Assembly (NCBI GenBank): GCA_041664445.1
Contig: JBAYKT010000003.1
Span: forward strand, 6,282 to 70,281
DNA length: 64,000 nucleotides
Direction of reading: 5' to 3'
From: Patescibacteria group bacterium
Lineage (GTDB): Bacteria > Patescibacteriota > Patescibacteriia > Patescibacteriales > UBA12465
Shown here: in pieces, positions 20,459 through 30,671 of the stretch
How positions within the stretch are numbered: the stretch's first letter is position 1
How the letters are laid out: each line of letters starts with the position of its first letter
Notes under the pieces: model-generated
Told to the model about the DNA's origin: nothing
The model's database searches: none
What the model saw: the letters and a program-made list of their open reading frames with translations, nothing else
Made by a program: the position numbers and the translations under genes

Positions 20459-21982
20459 TTACTTAATTAAATAATCAACCGTCACTTTATAATCTTCAAT
20501 TAATTTCTTCAATCCGGCCTCTACTTCTTCGTCTAATTCTTTCTTAACATCAATTAATTTCAAAACCGCATCGTTTAAGTCGGCATATTTATATAAAGCA
20601 GCCTCAAATTCGCGGATGCGTTCTACCGGAACATTATCCATAAACCCATTAATCAGAGCATAATAGGCTAAAACCTGTTTAGCGACTGACAAGGGCTGAT
20701 ACTGGTCCTGCTTAAAGATTTCGTATAATCTTTGGCCGCGTTCCAATTTCTTTTTAGTTTCTGGATCTAAGTCAGAACCAAACTGAGCAAAAGCGGCAAG
20801 TTCACGATATTGAGCCGCTTCCAAACGCATCTTACCAGCTACTTTTTTCATCGCTTTGATTTGAGCACTAGAGCCGACACGAGAAACCGACAAACCAGCA
20901 TTAACCGCCGGACGATTACCTTTATAAAACAAATCTGGTTCCAAGAAAATTTGACCATCAGTAATAGAAATAACGTTGGTCGGAATATAGGCCGATAAAT
21001 CGCCAGCCTGGGTTTCAATAATTGGTAAAGCAGTAATAGAGCCGCCGCCGAAATCTTTATTCAATTTACAGGCACGTTCTAATAAACGAGAATGGAGATA
21101 AAAAACATCACCTGGGTAAGCTTCGCGTCCCGGAGGGCGACGTAACAGTAAAGAAATTTCACGATAGGAAACAGCGTGCTTAGATAAATCATCATAAATA
21201 ATCAAAACGTCTTCACCTTTATCCAAAAAATACTCGGCCATCGCGCAGCCGGCGTAAGGGGCAATATATAGCAAAGAAGCGGGGGTGGAAGCACCAGCTA
21301 AAACAATGGTGGTATAGTCCATGGCGCCAGCTTCCGTTAATTTAGTAACGATATTGGCAACTTTAGATTCTTTCTGACCAATGGCTACATAAACGCATTT
21401 CATGTTCTGGCCTTTTTGATTGATAATAGTATCAACCGCAATCGCTGTTTTTCCTAATTGACGGTCGCCAATGATCAATTCTCTCTGACCACGACCAATT
21501 GGAATCATGGCGTCAATCGCTTTAATTCCAGTCTGAACCGGTTCTTTAACAGAAGCGCGAGTGATAACACCCGGAGCAATTTTTTCTACCGGATAAAATT
21601 TAGTAGTTTCAATTTTACCTTTACCATCAAGCGGTTCACCGAGCGGATTAACCACGCGGCCAATCATATTCTCACCGACCGGAACCTCCAAAATTCTTTT
21701 GGTAGCGACTACTTCGTCGCCCTCTTTAATAACGGTAAAATCTCCCAAAATAATGGCTCCGACTTGGCTCTCTTCCAAATTCAAGGCCACACCAGTAATT
21801 TCACCTTTTTCCGTTTTAAAAATTAAAATTTCACTCATCATCGCTTCCGCCAAACCAGAAACCAGCGCGATACCATCGGAAACTTTCAAAACTTTACCGA
21901 CCGATTTTTCGCTCACTTCGGCCTTAAAGCCGGATATTTCTTCCTTTAGCTGTTCAACAATGAAATCCTTTGTAGTTGACAT
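20459..21982 (-). CDS. atpA: F1 ATP synthase alpha subunit
   Basis: Walker A GDRQLGKT. 507 aa, conserved throughout. Confidence 0.97.
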   Translation of the reverse strand: MSTTKDFIVEQLKEEISGFKAEVSEKSVGKVLKVSDGIALVSGLAEAMMSEILIFKTEKGEITGVALNLEESQVGAIILGDFTVIKEGDEVVATKRILEVPVGENMIGRVVNPLGEPLDGKGKIETTKFYPVEKIAPGVITRASVKEPVQTGIKAIDAMIPIGRGQRELIIGDRQLGKTAIAVDTIINQKGQNMKCVYVAIGQKESKVANIVTKLTEAGAMDYTTIVLAGASTPASLLYIAPYAGCAMAEYFLDKGEDVLIIYDDLSKHAVSYREISLLLRRPPGREAYPGDVFYLHSRLLERACKLNKDFGGGSITALPIIETQAGDLSAYIPTNVISITDGQIFLEPDLFYKGNRPAVNAGLSVSRVGSSAQIKAMKKVAGKMRLEAAQYRELAAFAQFGSDLDPETKKKLERGQRLYEIFKQDQYQPLSVAKQVLAYYALINGFMDNVPVERIREFEAALYKYADLNDAVLKLIDVKKELDEEVEAGLKKLIEDYKVTVDYLIK

Positions 21983-22003
21983 ACGTTTATGCTAAATTTA
22001 TTT

Positions 22004-22405
22004 TTAATTACTAATTTTATTTTTAAGGCTATTCAAACTATTTTTCAAACTGCCATCTAAAACTTTAGAACCATATCTTAAAATGAAACCGCCAATAATT
22101 TCCGGATTAATTTCTGTGGCTAAAATAATTTTTTTAGCGCCGGTCTGCTGCTTAAGATAGGTAGCGACTGTCTCACGAATAGCGGCCGAAAGTTCACGAG
22201 CACTGGAAAGGGTAGCCTCTACTTCTCCATGATCTTTATTCCAAAGTTCATTAAAGGCTTCGCTGATAGCGTCCGCCTTATTTAAATCATGATTTTTCCC
22301 CAAAACAGCAACAAAACTTTTAATAATTGTTTTGGCTTCTTTTTCCGATTTGTCAGCCACTAAATCAAATAAAGCGGCGGCATATTGAGAAACAGATATT
22401 TTCAT
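22004..22405 (-). CDS. atpH: F1 ATP synthase delta (OSCP) subunit, short form
   Basis: YAAALFDL start and IIGGFILRYGSKVLDGSLKNSLNSL end are OSCP-like. Only 133 aa against roughly 180 usual. Confidence 0.8.
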   Translation of the reverse strand: MKISVSQYAAALFDLVADKSEKEAKTIIKSFVAVLGKNHDLNKADAISEAFNELWNKDHGEVEATLSSARELSAAIRETVATYLKQQTGAKKIILATEINPEIIGGFILRYGSKVLDGSLKNSLNSLKNKISN

Positions 22406-22409
22406 AAAT

Positions 22410-22898
22410 CTACTTAAGCAATTTACTAATAAATTCCTGGTCTTTAGCGCCAGTCATTTTTTCCGCTAATAATTTTTCAACCGTTAAAATAACCAAGTCG
22501 GCAACTTCTTTTTTTATTTCTTTAAGCATTTCTGCTTTTTCACTAACCAATTTAGCTTTCTCCTGGCTTATAACTTGGGCGACCTCCTCCTTTGCTTTAA
22601 CAACCAAGGCGGCTTTTCGTTCTTCGCCACGTTTATCAGCTTCTTCAATTATTAAATTAGCTTGCTTTTTAGCAGCGGCAATAATATCAGCCTGCTCTTT
22701 TTCGGTTAATACTAAGCGCTTTTCAATGGCGTCAGCATCCTTCAAGCTTTTATCAATCTTTGCAGAACGCTCGGTCATTATTTTAACTAAAGGCTTAAAA
22801 GCAAAGAAGTATAAAACTGAAAAGACAATGGCAAAATTTACCAACTGTGCAATTAACAATTGGACATCGACGTGGAAAGTTGAAACTAATGATTCCAT
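22410..22898 (-). CDS. atpF: Fo ATP synthase b subunit
   Basis: Single N-terminal TM, then a long Ala/Glu/Lys coiled coil. Position between atpE and atpH. Confidence 0.85.
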   Translation of the reverse strand: MESLVSTFHVDVQLLIAQLVNFAIVFSVLYFFAFKPLVKIMTERSAKIDKSLKDADAIEKRLVLTEKEQADIIAAAKKQANLIIEEADKRGEERKAALVVKAKEEVAQVISQEKAKLVSEKAEMLKEIKKEVADLVILTVEKLLAEKMTGAKDQEFISKLLK

Positions 22899-22961
22899 AT
22901 TTATTTTTTATAATAATCTAGCGCTTTCTCCCGAAAATTTCAGGAGAAATCCGTCAAAATA

Positions 22962-23201
<240 letters not shown>

Positions 23202-23238
23202 TTATTGTTTTCGCCCCGCTGTTTATTTAAAATTTTAA

Positions 23239-24102
23239 TTAATGTTCTTCTGCTGTCGTGTTAATTGTTAAATATGTTAAAATCAACATCGCAAAAATAA
23301 GCGCCTGAATCAGGCCGACCAAAACTTCCAAAAACATAAACGGAATCGGAACTCCATAAGCTAAAATAGCTGACATCGAAGCCAGCAATACTTCTCCCGC
23401 AAAGACATTACCGAATAAACGAAAAGAAAGACTGGCAACCTTAGCCAATTCCCCGATAATTTCAATTAAGCCGACAAAAGCTTTTATCGGATTAACTAAA
23501 ATAATCATCGGATCCTTCATAATTTTCTTCGGTATTTCTAAAAAGGCTTTAATGTTTATGAACTTATTTAAATATTTCCACCAGCCGATAGCCAGTACTC
23601 CCATGATATGACTCAAAACAACACCTAAAGTCGCGAGCGCCAAGGTAGTATTTAAATCAGCGGTGCCGCCGCGCAAATAAGGAATAAATATTTTTTCATC
23701 ACCGTGAGCAGCAATTTGACCGATGGAACCGACTCCTGGGAGTAACCCCATCCAATTGTTAATAAGAATAAAAAAGAAAAAGGCTAAGACCACGGGCGCA
23801 AATTTTAAAGATTTTTTGCGGTCGCCAGTGACACCATCAAAAATTCCCAAAAATCCCTCAATAATAATTTCCATCGCATTCTGCAGACCGGTCGGGACTT
23901 TCTTTAAATTACGTCTGATAGTAATTGCTAAAATAGCAATAATAATTAAAGCAAGAGTTGAAGTCGCTAAAGCATTGGTAACCGGAAAACTACCGATATG
24001 AGCTATCGGCTCGGCAAATAAAGTATTTTCATGAATTACTTCATCAGTATTTTCGTGAACGGTACTCTCGGTATTTTCTTGGATAATATTCTCTGCTCCC
24101 AT
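23239..24102 (-). CDS. atpB: Fo ATP synthase a subunit
   Basis: SLSFRLFGNVFAGEVLL (essential Arg helix). Polytopic, 287 aa. Confidence 0.93.
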   Translation of the reverse strand: MGAENIIQENTESTVHENTDEVIHENTLFAEPIAHIGSFPVTNALATSTLALIIIAILAITIRRNLKKVPTGLQNAMEIIIEGFLGIFDGVTGDRKKSLKFAPVVLAFFFFILINNWMGLLPGVGSIGQIAAHGDEKIFIPYLRGGTADLNTTLALATLGVVLSHIMGVLAIGWWKYLNKFINIKAFLEIPKKIMKDPMIILVNPIKAFVGLIEIIGELAKVASLSFRLFGNVFAGEVLLASMSAILAYGVPIPFMFLEVLVGLIQALIFAMLILTYLTINTTAEEH

Positions 24103-24117
24103 TTTTTTGGAATTAAC

Positions 24118-24369
24118 TTATTTTTTTTCTTCTTTATTTTTAGCGTATTCGTCTTCAATTTTCTTAAATTCTTTCATGGCATTTTTAACCAAACCGTACA
24201 TAGAAACCACAAAACTTAAAGCCACGGTAGCCAGGAAAAGCCAGGGCTCAGTGTTGAATCTGATATCCAGCCATTTTCCTAAAAATACGCCGATAAGCAC
24301 CGGAAAAGCAATCCAACCAGAAATTCTAGCCATGATTTTCAGGGCCAAGCTCCAAGTGTCATTTTTCAT
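24118..24369 (-). CDS. AtpZ/AtpI-like small membrane protein
   Basis: 83 aa, two TM segments. First gene of the atp operon, directly downstream of the promoter. Confidence 0.5.
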   Translation of the reverse strand: MKNDTWSLALKIMARISGWIAFPVLIGVFLGKWLDIRFNTEPWLFLATVALSFVVSMYGLVKNAMKEFKKIEDEYAKNKEEKK

Positions 24370-24396
24370 ATTTTTAGCTTATTTTGAGCCATCTTC

Positions 24397-24425
24397 CTTA
24401 TAACGCAGAAAACAATAAATGTCAA
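24397..24425 (-). promoter_or_regulatory. sigma70-type promoter of the atp operon
   Basis: Minus strand TTGACA-N17-TATAAG, with -35 at 24420-24425 and -10 at 24397-24402. About 27 nt upstream of the atpZ ATG. Confidence 0.6.
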
Positions 24426-24463
24426 CCCTCCAATTTTTCAAAAATTTTGGGAAAATGGCCAGA

Positions 24464-25318
24464 TTATATCCTAAAAAAGGCTCTAGCGGTCGCGGTGGTA
24501 ATTTCGGCGACTTTTTCTAATTTTATGCCCTTAATTTCCGCTATTCTAGCGGCGACATATTGGACTAAAACCGGCTCATTTCTCTGGCCCCGATAAGGTT
24601 CTGGGGTCATATATGGTGTATCTGTTTCGACCATTATCTTCTCCAGCGGCGTTTTTCTGATTAAATTGTCCCATTGTTGACTAAAGGTAATAAGCCCCGT
24701 AAAGGAGATAATTAAGCCAAGATTAAAGTATTTCCAGGCTAAATCTTCATCACCAGAGAAACAATGGATAACTCCCCAGGGGCGATCGGTTGGCAATAAA
24801 TGACCGTATTCCTTTTTAAAATCTTGTAAAATTTCCAATAAATCGTCATGCGCTTGCCGACAATGAATAATCACTGGCAAATCTAAATTTTGTGCCAAAA
24901 CTAATTGTTGGGCAAAAACTTCTTGTTGTTTCTTCTTTATCGCCGTTATATCTTGGGTAGGGTCTAAATGATAATAATCGAGGCCAATTTCGCCAATAGC
25001 AACCACTTTTTCAAATTTAGCCAGCTTTTCATAACTACCATAGTTAAACTCTTCGGCTCGCGGCGTAAAACTATATTCGCCATTTTCGTCGTCATCATTT
25101 TCAATTAAACCTTCTTGCAAATGAACCGGATGCAAACCGATGGCGGCATAAACGCCCTTTTCATACTTATTAGCATAGTTCAAAGCACGGTTAGAGGTTT
25201 TAAATTCTGAGCCAACCAAAACCATCCAAGTCTCGTTGTCCAAAGACCGGCGAATAACCGCATCTGCATCATCTCTGAAGGCGGCAAAATTAACATGAGC
25301 ATGGGTGTCAATAATCAT
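24464..25318 (-). CDS. tatD: TatD-family metal-dependent hydrolase/DNase
   Basis: MIIDTHAHVNF start (ATG 25318; the ORF track allows 25336), GEIGLDY, VIIHCR, ETDTPY. Confidence 0.85.
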   Translation of the reverse strand: MIIDTHAHVNFAAFRDDADAVIRRSLDNETWMVLVGSEFKTSNRALNYANKYEKGVYAAIGLHPVHLQEGLIENDDDENGEYSFTPRAEEFNYGSYEKLAKFEKVVAIGEIGLDYYHLDPTQDITAIKKKQQEVFAQQLVLAQNLDLPVIIHCRQAHDDLLEILQDFKKEYGHLLPTDRPWGVIHCFSGDEDLAWKYFNLGLIISFTGLITFSQQWDNLIRKTPLEKIMVETDTPYMTPEPYRGQRNEPVLVQYVAARIAEIKGIKLEKVAEITTATARAFFRI

Positions 25319-25384
25319 AAATCCTCTTAAAATCAAGTAAAAAACGCGAAAAATCGCGCTTTTTAACTTTTAAACCTAAAAATT

Positions 25385-25594
25385 TTATTCTGTTTTTGGA
25401 GCTTCGTTGTTGTTGGCAGCAGGAGCTTCCGGGCTAGAAACCGGGGCTTCAGGAGCAGACATTGGAGCCGTAGCTTCCTCACTCTTCTCTTCTTCGTGAT
25501 TATGGCAACAATCTTCACCTTTGTGACAGCAATCTTCACCTTTATGGCAGCAACAATCTTTAGCGCCAAAAAGTTTCTTAAACCAATTACTCAT
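25385..25594 (-). CDS. 69-aa Cys/His-repeat protein (putative metal-binding), unknown family
   Basis: MSNWFKKLFGAK-DCCCHKGEDCCHKGEDCCHNHEEE, then an acidic Pro/Ala tail. Encoded by a 21-nt tandem repeat (25509-25529 and 25530-25550). Has its own promoter-like element upstream. Confidence 0.55.
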   Translation of the reverse strand: MSNWFKKLFGAKDCCCHKGEDCCHKGEDCCHNHEEEKSEEATAPMSAPEAPVSSPEAPAANNNEAPKTE

Positions 25595-25626
25595 AGTTTT
25601 GTTTGGTTAAAATAATAAACACTCTT

Positions 25627-25654
25627 ATTTTAGCATTTTTAAGCTAAAAGTCAA
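25627..25654 (-). promoter_or_regulatory. Promoter-like element with embedded inverted repeat upstream of the Cys-rich ORF
   Basis: Minus strand TTGACT-N16-TAAAAT. The spacer contains TTAGC-N8-GCTAA (25630-25647). Confidence 0.4.
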
Positions 25655-25667
25655 TGAAATCAAGGTC

Positions 25668-26753
25668 TTAAATATCCAGCTCGTCTAGTAGATTTTTTTG
25701 TTTTCGGCTAAGGTTGGACGGTATTTTTACTATTATTTTAACAAAGTGGTCACCAATACCACGACTATGTAATTTTATAATTCCCTTTTCTTTTAACTTG
25801 AAAATAGTGCCCGATTGCGTGCCGGCAGGAATTTTTAGTTTTAATGGTCCATTTACCGTTTCAATATCAATTTTATCACCAATAATCGCCTGCTTAATAC
25901 TAATTGTTTCCTCAGTTTTAATATCATAGCCATCGCGAATAAATTTGGAATGTGTTGAAATTTTAACACGCAGATATAAATCGCCGGCCGGTGCTCCTTT
26001 CTGACCCGCCTCTCCCTGGCCGCTTAAGCGAATGGATTCACCATTATTAATACCGGCCGGAATTCTAACTTTTATTTTAACTTGTTCATGATGAACTCCG
26101 GAACCGCTGCATTGTGTACATTTTTGACTATAGAGCTGGCCTTCGCCCTCACAATGAGGACAGGCTGATTGAGTTTGAATATTTCCCAAAATTGTTCTTT
26201 GCAGACGAGCTATTTTACCGGTCCCACGGCAATTAGTACAGGTTTCAACTTTTGCTCCTGGTTCATAGCCTTGGCCATGACAGTGATTGCAAATAATATT
26301 TTTAGAAAAGCGAATTTCTTTTTCTAGACCAAAAACCGCCTCTTTAAAATCTAAATTTAAGTTTAATTCTAAGTCGCGGCCACGAGTCTGACGTTTAGCG
26401 CCGCCGCGCGAAGCACCACCGCCAAAACCAAAAATATCGCCGAAACCGCCGAACATCTCGCTTAAATCTTCAAAGTCCATATTAAAGCCGCCGCCATTTT
26501 GAAAACCGGAAAAGCCGCCATAATTGGCGCCACCGGCTTGGCCATTTTGAAAAGCGGAGCCAAATTGATCGTATTGTTTTCTTTTTTCAGGATTACCTAA
26601 AACTTGATAGGCCTCATTATACTCTTTAAATTTTTCGGCGTCCCCGCCTTTATCTGGATGATGCTCATGCGCTTTTTTACGAAAAGCGATTTTGATTTCA
26701 TCGGGACTGGCACTTTTGGAAACACCTAATATATCGTAATAATCTTTGGACAT
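25668..26753 (-). CDS. dnaJ: Chaperone DnaJ
   Basis: J domain with HPD, a Gly/Phe-rich region, and four CxxCxGxG zinc-finger repeats ([32 protein letters not shown]). Confidence 0.95.
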   Translation of the reverse strand: MSKDYYDILGVSKSASPDEIKIAFRKKAHEHHPDKGGDAEKFKEYNEAYQVLGNPEKRKQYDQFGSAFQNGQAGGANYGGFSGFQNGGGFNMDFEDLSEMFGGFGDIFGFGGGASRGGAKRQTRGRDLELNLNLDFKEAVFGLEKEIRFSKNIICNHCHGQGYEPGAKVETCTNCRGTGKIARLQRTILGNIQTQSACPHCEGEGQLYSQKCTQCSGSGVHHEQVKIKVRIPAGINNGESIRLSGQGEAGQKGAPAGDLYLRVKISTHSKFIRDGYDIKTEETISIKQAIIGDKIDIETVNGPLKLKIPAGTQSGTIFKLKEKGIIKLHSRGIGDHFVKIIVKIPSNLSRKQKNLLDELDI

Positions 26754-26771
26754 AATTTATTTATTCAACAA

Positions 26772-26798
26772 GTTGCCCCTCTTAATTAGAGAGGCAAC
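26772..26798 (-). other. Intercistronic stem-loop between dnaK and dnaJ
   Basis: GTTGCCCCTCT-taatt-AGAGAGGCAAC, an 11-bp stem with one mismatch and no clean U-run. Possibly a partial terminator or processing site. Confidence 0.35.
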
Positions 26799-26814
26799 CA
26801 AAGAATAAGCAAAC

Positions 26815-28752
26815 TTATTTATTCTCCTCTACTTCACCCTCAACAACATTATCGTCCTTTTTTTCACCTTCACTCTTGGCGTCGCCGGCAGGATTAGCGC
26901 TGCCAGCTTCGGCTTGCGCTCCCGCTGGTCCCGCTCCCGGAGCGCCCGCTCCTGGCTGTTGATACATCGCGGCACCAATCTTCTGAGCAACAGTATTCAA
27001 TTCTTCCATCTTCTTTTTCATATCCTCCAAGTTGCCACTCTCCTTAGCTTTCTTAAGGGCCTCAACTTTTTCTTCCAGTTCTTTTTTATCTTCAGCCTTC
27101 ATTTTATCGCCAGACTCTTTCAGCATTTTCTCAGTCGTAAAGACTACGACTTCGGCCTGATTTTTTATTTCCACTTCTTCCTTTTTCTTCTTATCTTCTT
27201 CGGCGTGCAATTCGGCTTCTTGCTTCATCTTTTCAATTTCTTCTTTAGATAAGCCAGAAGAGGCGGTAATGGTAATTTTTTGTTGTTTGTTAGTGGCTTT
27301 ATCAGTCGCGGAAACATTTAAAATACCGTTGGCGTCTAAATCAAACTTTACTTCCACTTGCGGAATGCCACGCGGAGCAGATGGAATGCCGTCTAAAATA
27401 AAACGTCCTAAAGTTTTATTATCAGCGGCCATCGGTCTTTCGCCCTGAACAATATGAATTTCGACGCTAGTCTGGCCATCGGCCGCGGTCGAGAATACTT
27501 GGGATTTAGAAGTTGGGATAGTAGTATTTTTTTCAATGAGCGGCGTGGCAATACTGCCTAAAGTTTCAATGCCTAAAGTAAGTGGAGTGACATCTAGCAA
27601 TAAAACATCCTTAACATCACCTTGCAAAACTCCGGCTTGAACAGCTGCGCCCATAGCTACTACTTCATCCGGATTAACGCTCAAGTTCGGCTCTTTGCCA
27701 AAAAATTCTTTAACTTTTTGTTGGACTAAAGGCATGCGAGTCATACCGCCAACCATTAAAATCTCATTAATATCGCCGATTTGGAAACCAGAATCGTGAA
27801 TCGCCTGACGGCAAGGTTCAATTGTCTTCTCAATTAAATCAAGAACTAAGGCCTCTAATTTAGAGCGAGACATTTTCATTACTAAATGTTTCGGCCCGTT
27901 AGCATCGGTAGTAATAAAAGGCTGATTAATTTCCGTTTCTTGAGAAGTCGATAATTCAATCTTGGCTTTTTCGGCTGCCTCTTTAATTCTTTGTAAAGCG
28001 AGAGCATCTTTAGATAAATCAATTCCTTGGTCACGCTTAAACTCTTCAATAATCCAATTAATAATTCTTTGATCAAAATCTTCACCGCCCAAATGGGTAT
28101 CACCATTGGTTGATTTAACTTCAACGGTATCAGCGGAAATATCAAGGACAGAAACATCAAAAGTACCGCCGCCTAAATCATAAACGGCAATTTTCTGACC
28201 ATTCTTCTTATCAAAACCATAAGCCAACGCGGCCGCGGTCGGTTCGTTAATAATACGCTTAACATCTAAACCGGCAATTTGACCGGCATCTTTAGTTGCT
28301 TGACGCTGAGAGTCGTTAAAATAGGCTGGAACGGTAATAATCGCTTCAGTAATTTTTTCTCCCAACTTGGCTTCCGCGTCAGCCTTTAACTTTGACAAAA
28401 CCATCGCCGAAATTTCTTGCGGCGTATAATCCTTGTCGCCCATCGTAACTTTCACACCCTCGCCAGCCTGAACGATTTTATAAGGCGCATTTTTTAAATC
28501 GCGTTGAACTTCTTCTTCGCCAAAATGACGGCCGATTAAACGTTTAACCGCATAAACCGTATTTTCGGGATTAATAACCGCCTGTCTTTTAGCAGCCGCG
28601 CCGACAATTCTTTCTCCATTTTTAGAAATGGCGACGACCGACGGGGTTGTCCGATTACCTTCAATGTTTTCAATGATTTTAGGAACGCCGCCCTCCATGA
28701 TTGCCATGGCGGAGTTGGTCGTCCCTAAGTCAATTCCTAAAATTTTTGCCAT
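26815..28752 (-). CDS. dnaK: Chaperone DnaK (Hsp70)
   Basis: [17 protein letters not shown], full-length 645 aa, Gly/Ala/Pro-rich C-terminal tail. Confidence 0.97.
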   Translation of the reverse strand: MAKILGIDLGTTNSAMAIMEGGVPKIIENIEGNRTTPSVVAISKNGERIVGAAAKRQAVINPENTVYAVKRLIGRHFGEEEVQRDLKNAPYKIVQAGEGVKVTMGDKDYTPQEISAMVLSKLKADAEAKLGEKITEAIITVPAYFNDSQRQATKDAGQIAGLDVKRIINEPTAAALAYGFDKKNGQKIAVYDLGGGTFDVSVLDISADTVEVKSTNGDTHLGGEDFDQRIINWIIEEFKRDQGIDLSKDALALQRIKEAAEKAKIELSTSQETEINQPFITTDANGPKHLVMKMSRSKLEALVLDLIEKTIEPCRQAIHDSGFQIGDINEILMVGGMTRMPLVQQKVKEFFGKEPNLSVNPDEVVAMGAAVQAGVLQGDVKDVLLLDVTPLTLGIETLGSIATPLIEKNTTIPTSKSQVFSTAADGQTSVEIHIVQGERPMAADNKTLGRFILDGIPSAPRGIPQVEVKFDLDANGILNVSATDKATNKQQKITITASSGLSKEEIEKMKQEAELHAEEDKKKKEEVEIKNQAEVVVFTTEKMLKESGDKMKAEDKKELEEKVEALKKAKESGNLEDMKKKMEELNTVAQKIGAAMYQQPGAGAPGAGPAGAQAEAGSANPAGDAKSEGEKKDDNVVEGEVEENK

Positions 28753-28831
28753 ATTTTTTATTTTTATAATTAGTTAATTACTAACTGATTATCGACCCCG
28801 AATAATTCAGGGTCGAAATATCAATCACCAA

Positions 28832-29260
28832 TTATTTTTTTGTTTGAATCTTGATAGATTTTGGTTTGACTTCGGCGGCCTTAGGAATATTAATCTTTAA
28901 GACACCACCCTCGTTAACAGCGCTAGCTTTATCGCCATCAACTTTGGTCGGCAAAGGAATGGAGCGATAAAAAGAGCCGCGGCGAATCTCTTGGCGATAA
29001 TAATTTTTATCTTCCACTTCGCTCTTTTTTTCACTTTCACCTTTGATACAGAGGACATTGTTTTCAATAGAGATATCAACCTTATCCGGATCGATTCCGG
29101 CCAGTTGTGTTTCAACAACAATATTATCCTGGTCCTCGTACATATCAACCGCCGGCGTAAAGCCGAATTGATTGCCGCGAACGGTCGGCAACATGGATTC
29201 AAAAGTCTTATCCATGTCGTCGAATTCTGAAAAGAATGGAGTCCATTTTATTAAAGACAT
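28832..29260 (-). CDS. Small heat-shock protein (Hsp20/alpha-crystallin)
   Basis: 142 aa. Alpha-crystallin domain pattern (PAVDMYEDQDNIVVETQLAGIDPDKVDISIENNVLCIKGE ... GVLKINIPK). Confidence 0.85.
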   Translation of the reverse strand: MSLIKWTPFFSEFDDMDKTFESMLPTVRGNQFGFTPAVDMYEDQDNIVVETQLAGIDPDKVDISIENNVLCIKGESEKKSEVEDKNYYRQEIRRGSFYRSIPLPTKVDGDKASAVNEGGVLKINIPKAAEVKPKSIKIQTKK

Positions 29261-29331
29261 AGACTTAATATTTCTTTCCTTAAAACTGGCATCACTTACG
29301 ACCAGTGGATAAAGAAAGATTAAAAATTAAT

Positions 29332-29955
29332 TTATTTGACAATTACTTTGGCCGGTCTAATAACCCGACCGTTTAACATGTATCCCGGCATAACTTCTTT
29401 ATCAACCGTTTCCCCCGTGCCATCCATAGCCTCCATGGTATTATGATCAAACTTTTCACCAACAGTCTTAATTTCCATGACTCCTTTAGATTCCAAAACA
29501 TCCTTAAACTGTTTTAAAACATAACGCACGCCGACGGCCCAAGGGTTATCATTATCCTCTTCTTTTAGGCCCAATAAGGAAAGTTTGAGATGGTCATAAA
29601 CCGGCAAGATATCCTGTAAAAAGTCTTGAAGCGCATATTTTATGGAATCTACCTTGTCTTTAGCACTTTGTTTTAAAAGATTATGGTAATCGGCTAAAGC
29701 TCGCTTATACTGATGTTCTAGAGATTCTGGAGCATCGTCAGGAGCGGATAAAAATTCAAAACGCGCTTTTTTAACTCCCTTAATTTCAACTTCTTCCAAA
29801 AACATTTTTTTGGGACGAACCCAAATCTTAGATTCATTCTTAATGTCTTGATAAACAACTTGCTCCTCCTTAGTTTCTGAATTAAGTGCTTCGTTTAAAA
29901 TCCGATATTCGCTACCTTTATAGTGGCGATAAATTCCTTTTTTTAACTCTTCCAT
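29332..29955 (-). CDS. grpE: DUF1653 - GrpE fusion (nucleotide exchange factor with replaced N-terminus)
   Basis: N-terminal GIYRHYKGSEYRILNEALNSETKEEQVVYQDIKNESKIWVRPKKMFLEEVE fits DUF1653. C-terminal KRALADYHNL...VKQFKDVLESKGVMEIKTVGEKFDHNTMEAM...PGYMLNGRVIRPAKVIV is GrpE. Start at ATG 29955, 4 nt after the hrcA stop. Confidence 0.75.
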   Translation of the reverse strand: MEELKKGIYRHYKGSEYRILNEALNSETKEEQVVYQDIKNESKIWVRPKKMFLEEVEIKGVKKARFEFLSAPDDAPESLEHQYKRALADYHNLLKQSAKDKVDSIKYALQDFLQDILPVYDHLKLSLLGLKEEDNDNPWAVGVRYVLKQFKDVLESKGVMEIKTVGEKFDHNTMEAMDGTGETVDKEVMPGYMLNGRVIRPAKVIVK

Positions 29956-29959
29956 ATTT

Positions 29960-30652
29960 TTATTCAAATTTCTTTTTAATAAATTCCGCGAGTGCCAAAT
30001 TATGGCCATAGTCCATGCGCATCGGTCCTAAAATTCCAAATAAGCCGTGAGCGCCTTCGTGTCGGTATTTAACTAAGATAGCACTTAAGAAATTGCCAAA
30101 GGGATTTTTCGAACCGATTAAAGCTTGGCTGCCTTCCGGCAATTCCTCAAAAATATCATCAATTATTTCTTCCATGCGATCAATAATTCCCGAAACATCA
30201 CAAACGGCATCAACCTGTTTAAACTCCGGCTGGGAAAATAAATTAGAGAGGCCGGTATAATATAAATCATTTTTATTGAAGGCCCAAAAAACTGCGCCAC
30301 TCGCTAATTCTGAAATCGCTTTAGCGGTTTGCCGTAAGGCCGCGCCCTCTTTACTAAAAATGTCTTCTAAATTTTTTTCATCTACCTCTTTAAGACTGCG
30401 CTTTTTTTTAACGTCTCTAATCGTTTCCAGAAGTAGCTCATAAGCAATTTCGGTCGGTACACGTCCAGCAGAAGTATGCGGCTGATAAATATAACCCTCT
30501 TCTTCAAGTTCCATCATTTCGTTGCGCACAGTGGCCGGTGAAATATCTAATTTATACTTATCAACCAGAACGCCAGAAGATACCGGCTGGGCCGTCTTCA
30601 CATATTCCTTAATTATGGTTTCTAAAATAAATTGTTTGCGCTCGGAAATCAT
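29960..30652 (-). CDS. hrcA: Heat-inducible transcription repressor HrcA (short form)
   Basis: ILETIIKEYVKTAQPVSSGVL...SPATVRNEMMELEEEGYIYQPHTSAGRVPT winged-helix N-terminus. About 230 aa against roughly 340 usual. Start set at MISERKQ (30652). A perfect CIRCE lies upstream. Confidence 0.85.
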   Translation of the reverse strand: MISERKQFILETIIKEYVKTAQPVSSGVLVDKYKLDISPATVRNEMMELEEEGYIYQPHTSAGRVPTEIAYELLLETIRDVKKKRSLKEVDEKNLEDIFSKEGAALRQTAKAISELASGAVFWAFNKNDLYYTGLSNLFSQPEFKQVDAVCDVSGIIDRMEEIIDDIFEELPEGSQALIGSKNPFGNFLSAILVKYRHEGAHGLFGILGPMRMDYGHNLALAEFIKKKFE

Positions 30653-30671
30653 ATATTTTATTGCTAACGCT

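Noticed and set aside
25509-25550. Tandem 21-nt direct repeat, checked as a possible CRISPR or VNTR
   Set aside because: There are only about 2.5 contiguous copies with no spacers, in frame within a coding region. It is a coding heptapeptide repeat, not a CRISPR array.
25363-25569. 68-aa alternative frame (MALKIVAAIKVKIAVTKVKI...) overlapping the Cys-rich ORF on the same strand
   Set aside because: Its repetitiveness is just the same 21-nt DNA repeat read in another frame. It lacks the promoter-proximal ATG, and its basic low-complexity sequence is less protein-like. It cannot be fully excluded without conservation data.
25630-25647. TTAGC-N8-GCTAA, considered as a second CIRCE
   Set aside because: It matches only the outer 5 nt of each CIRCE arm. 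Total length is 18 nt instead of 27, and the ACTC/GAGT core is absent. I kept it only as a generic inverted repeat.
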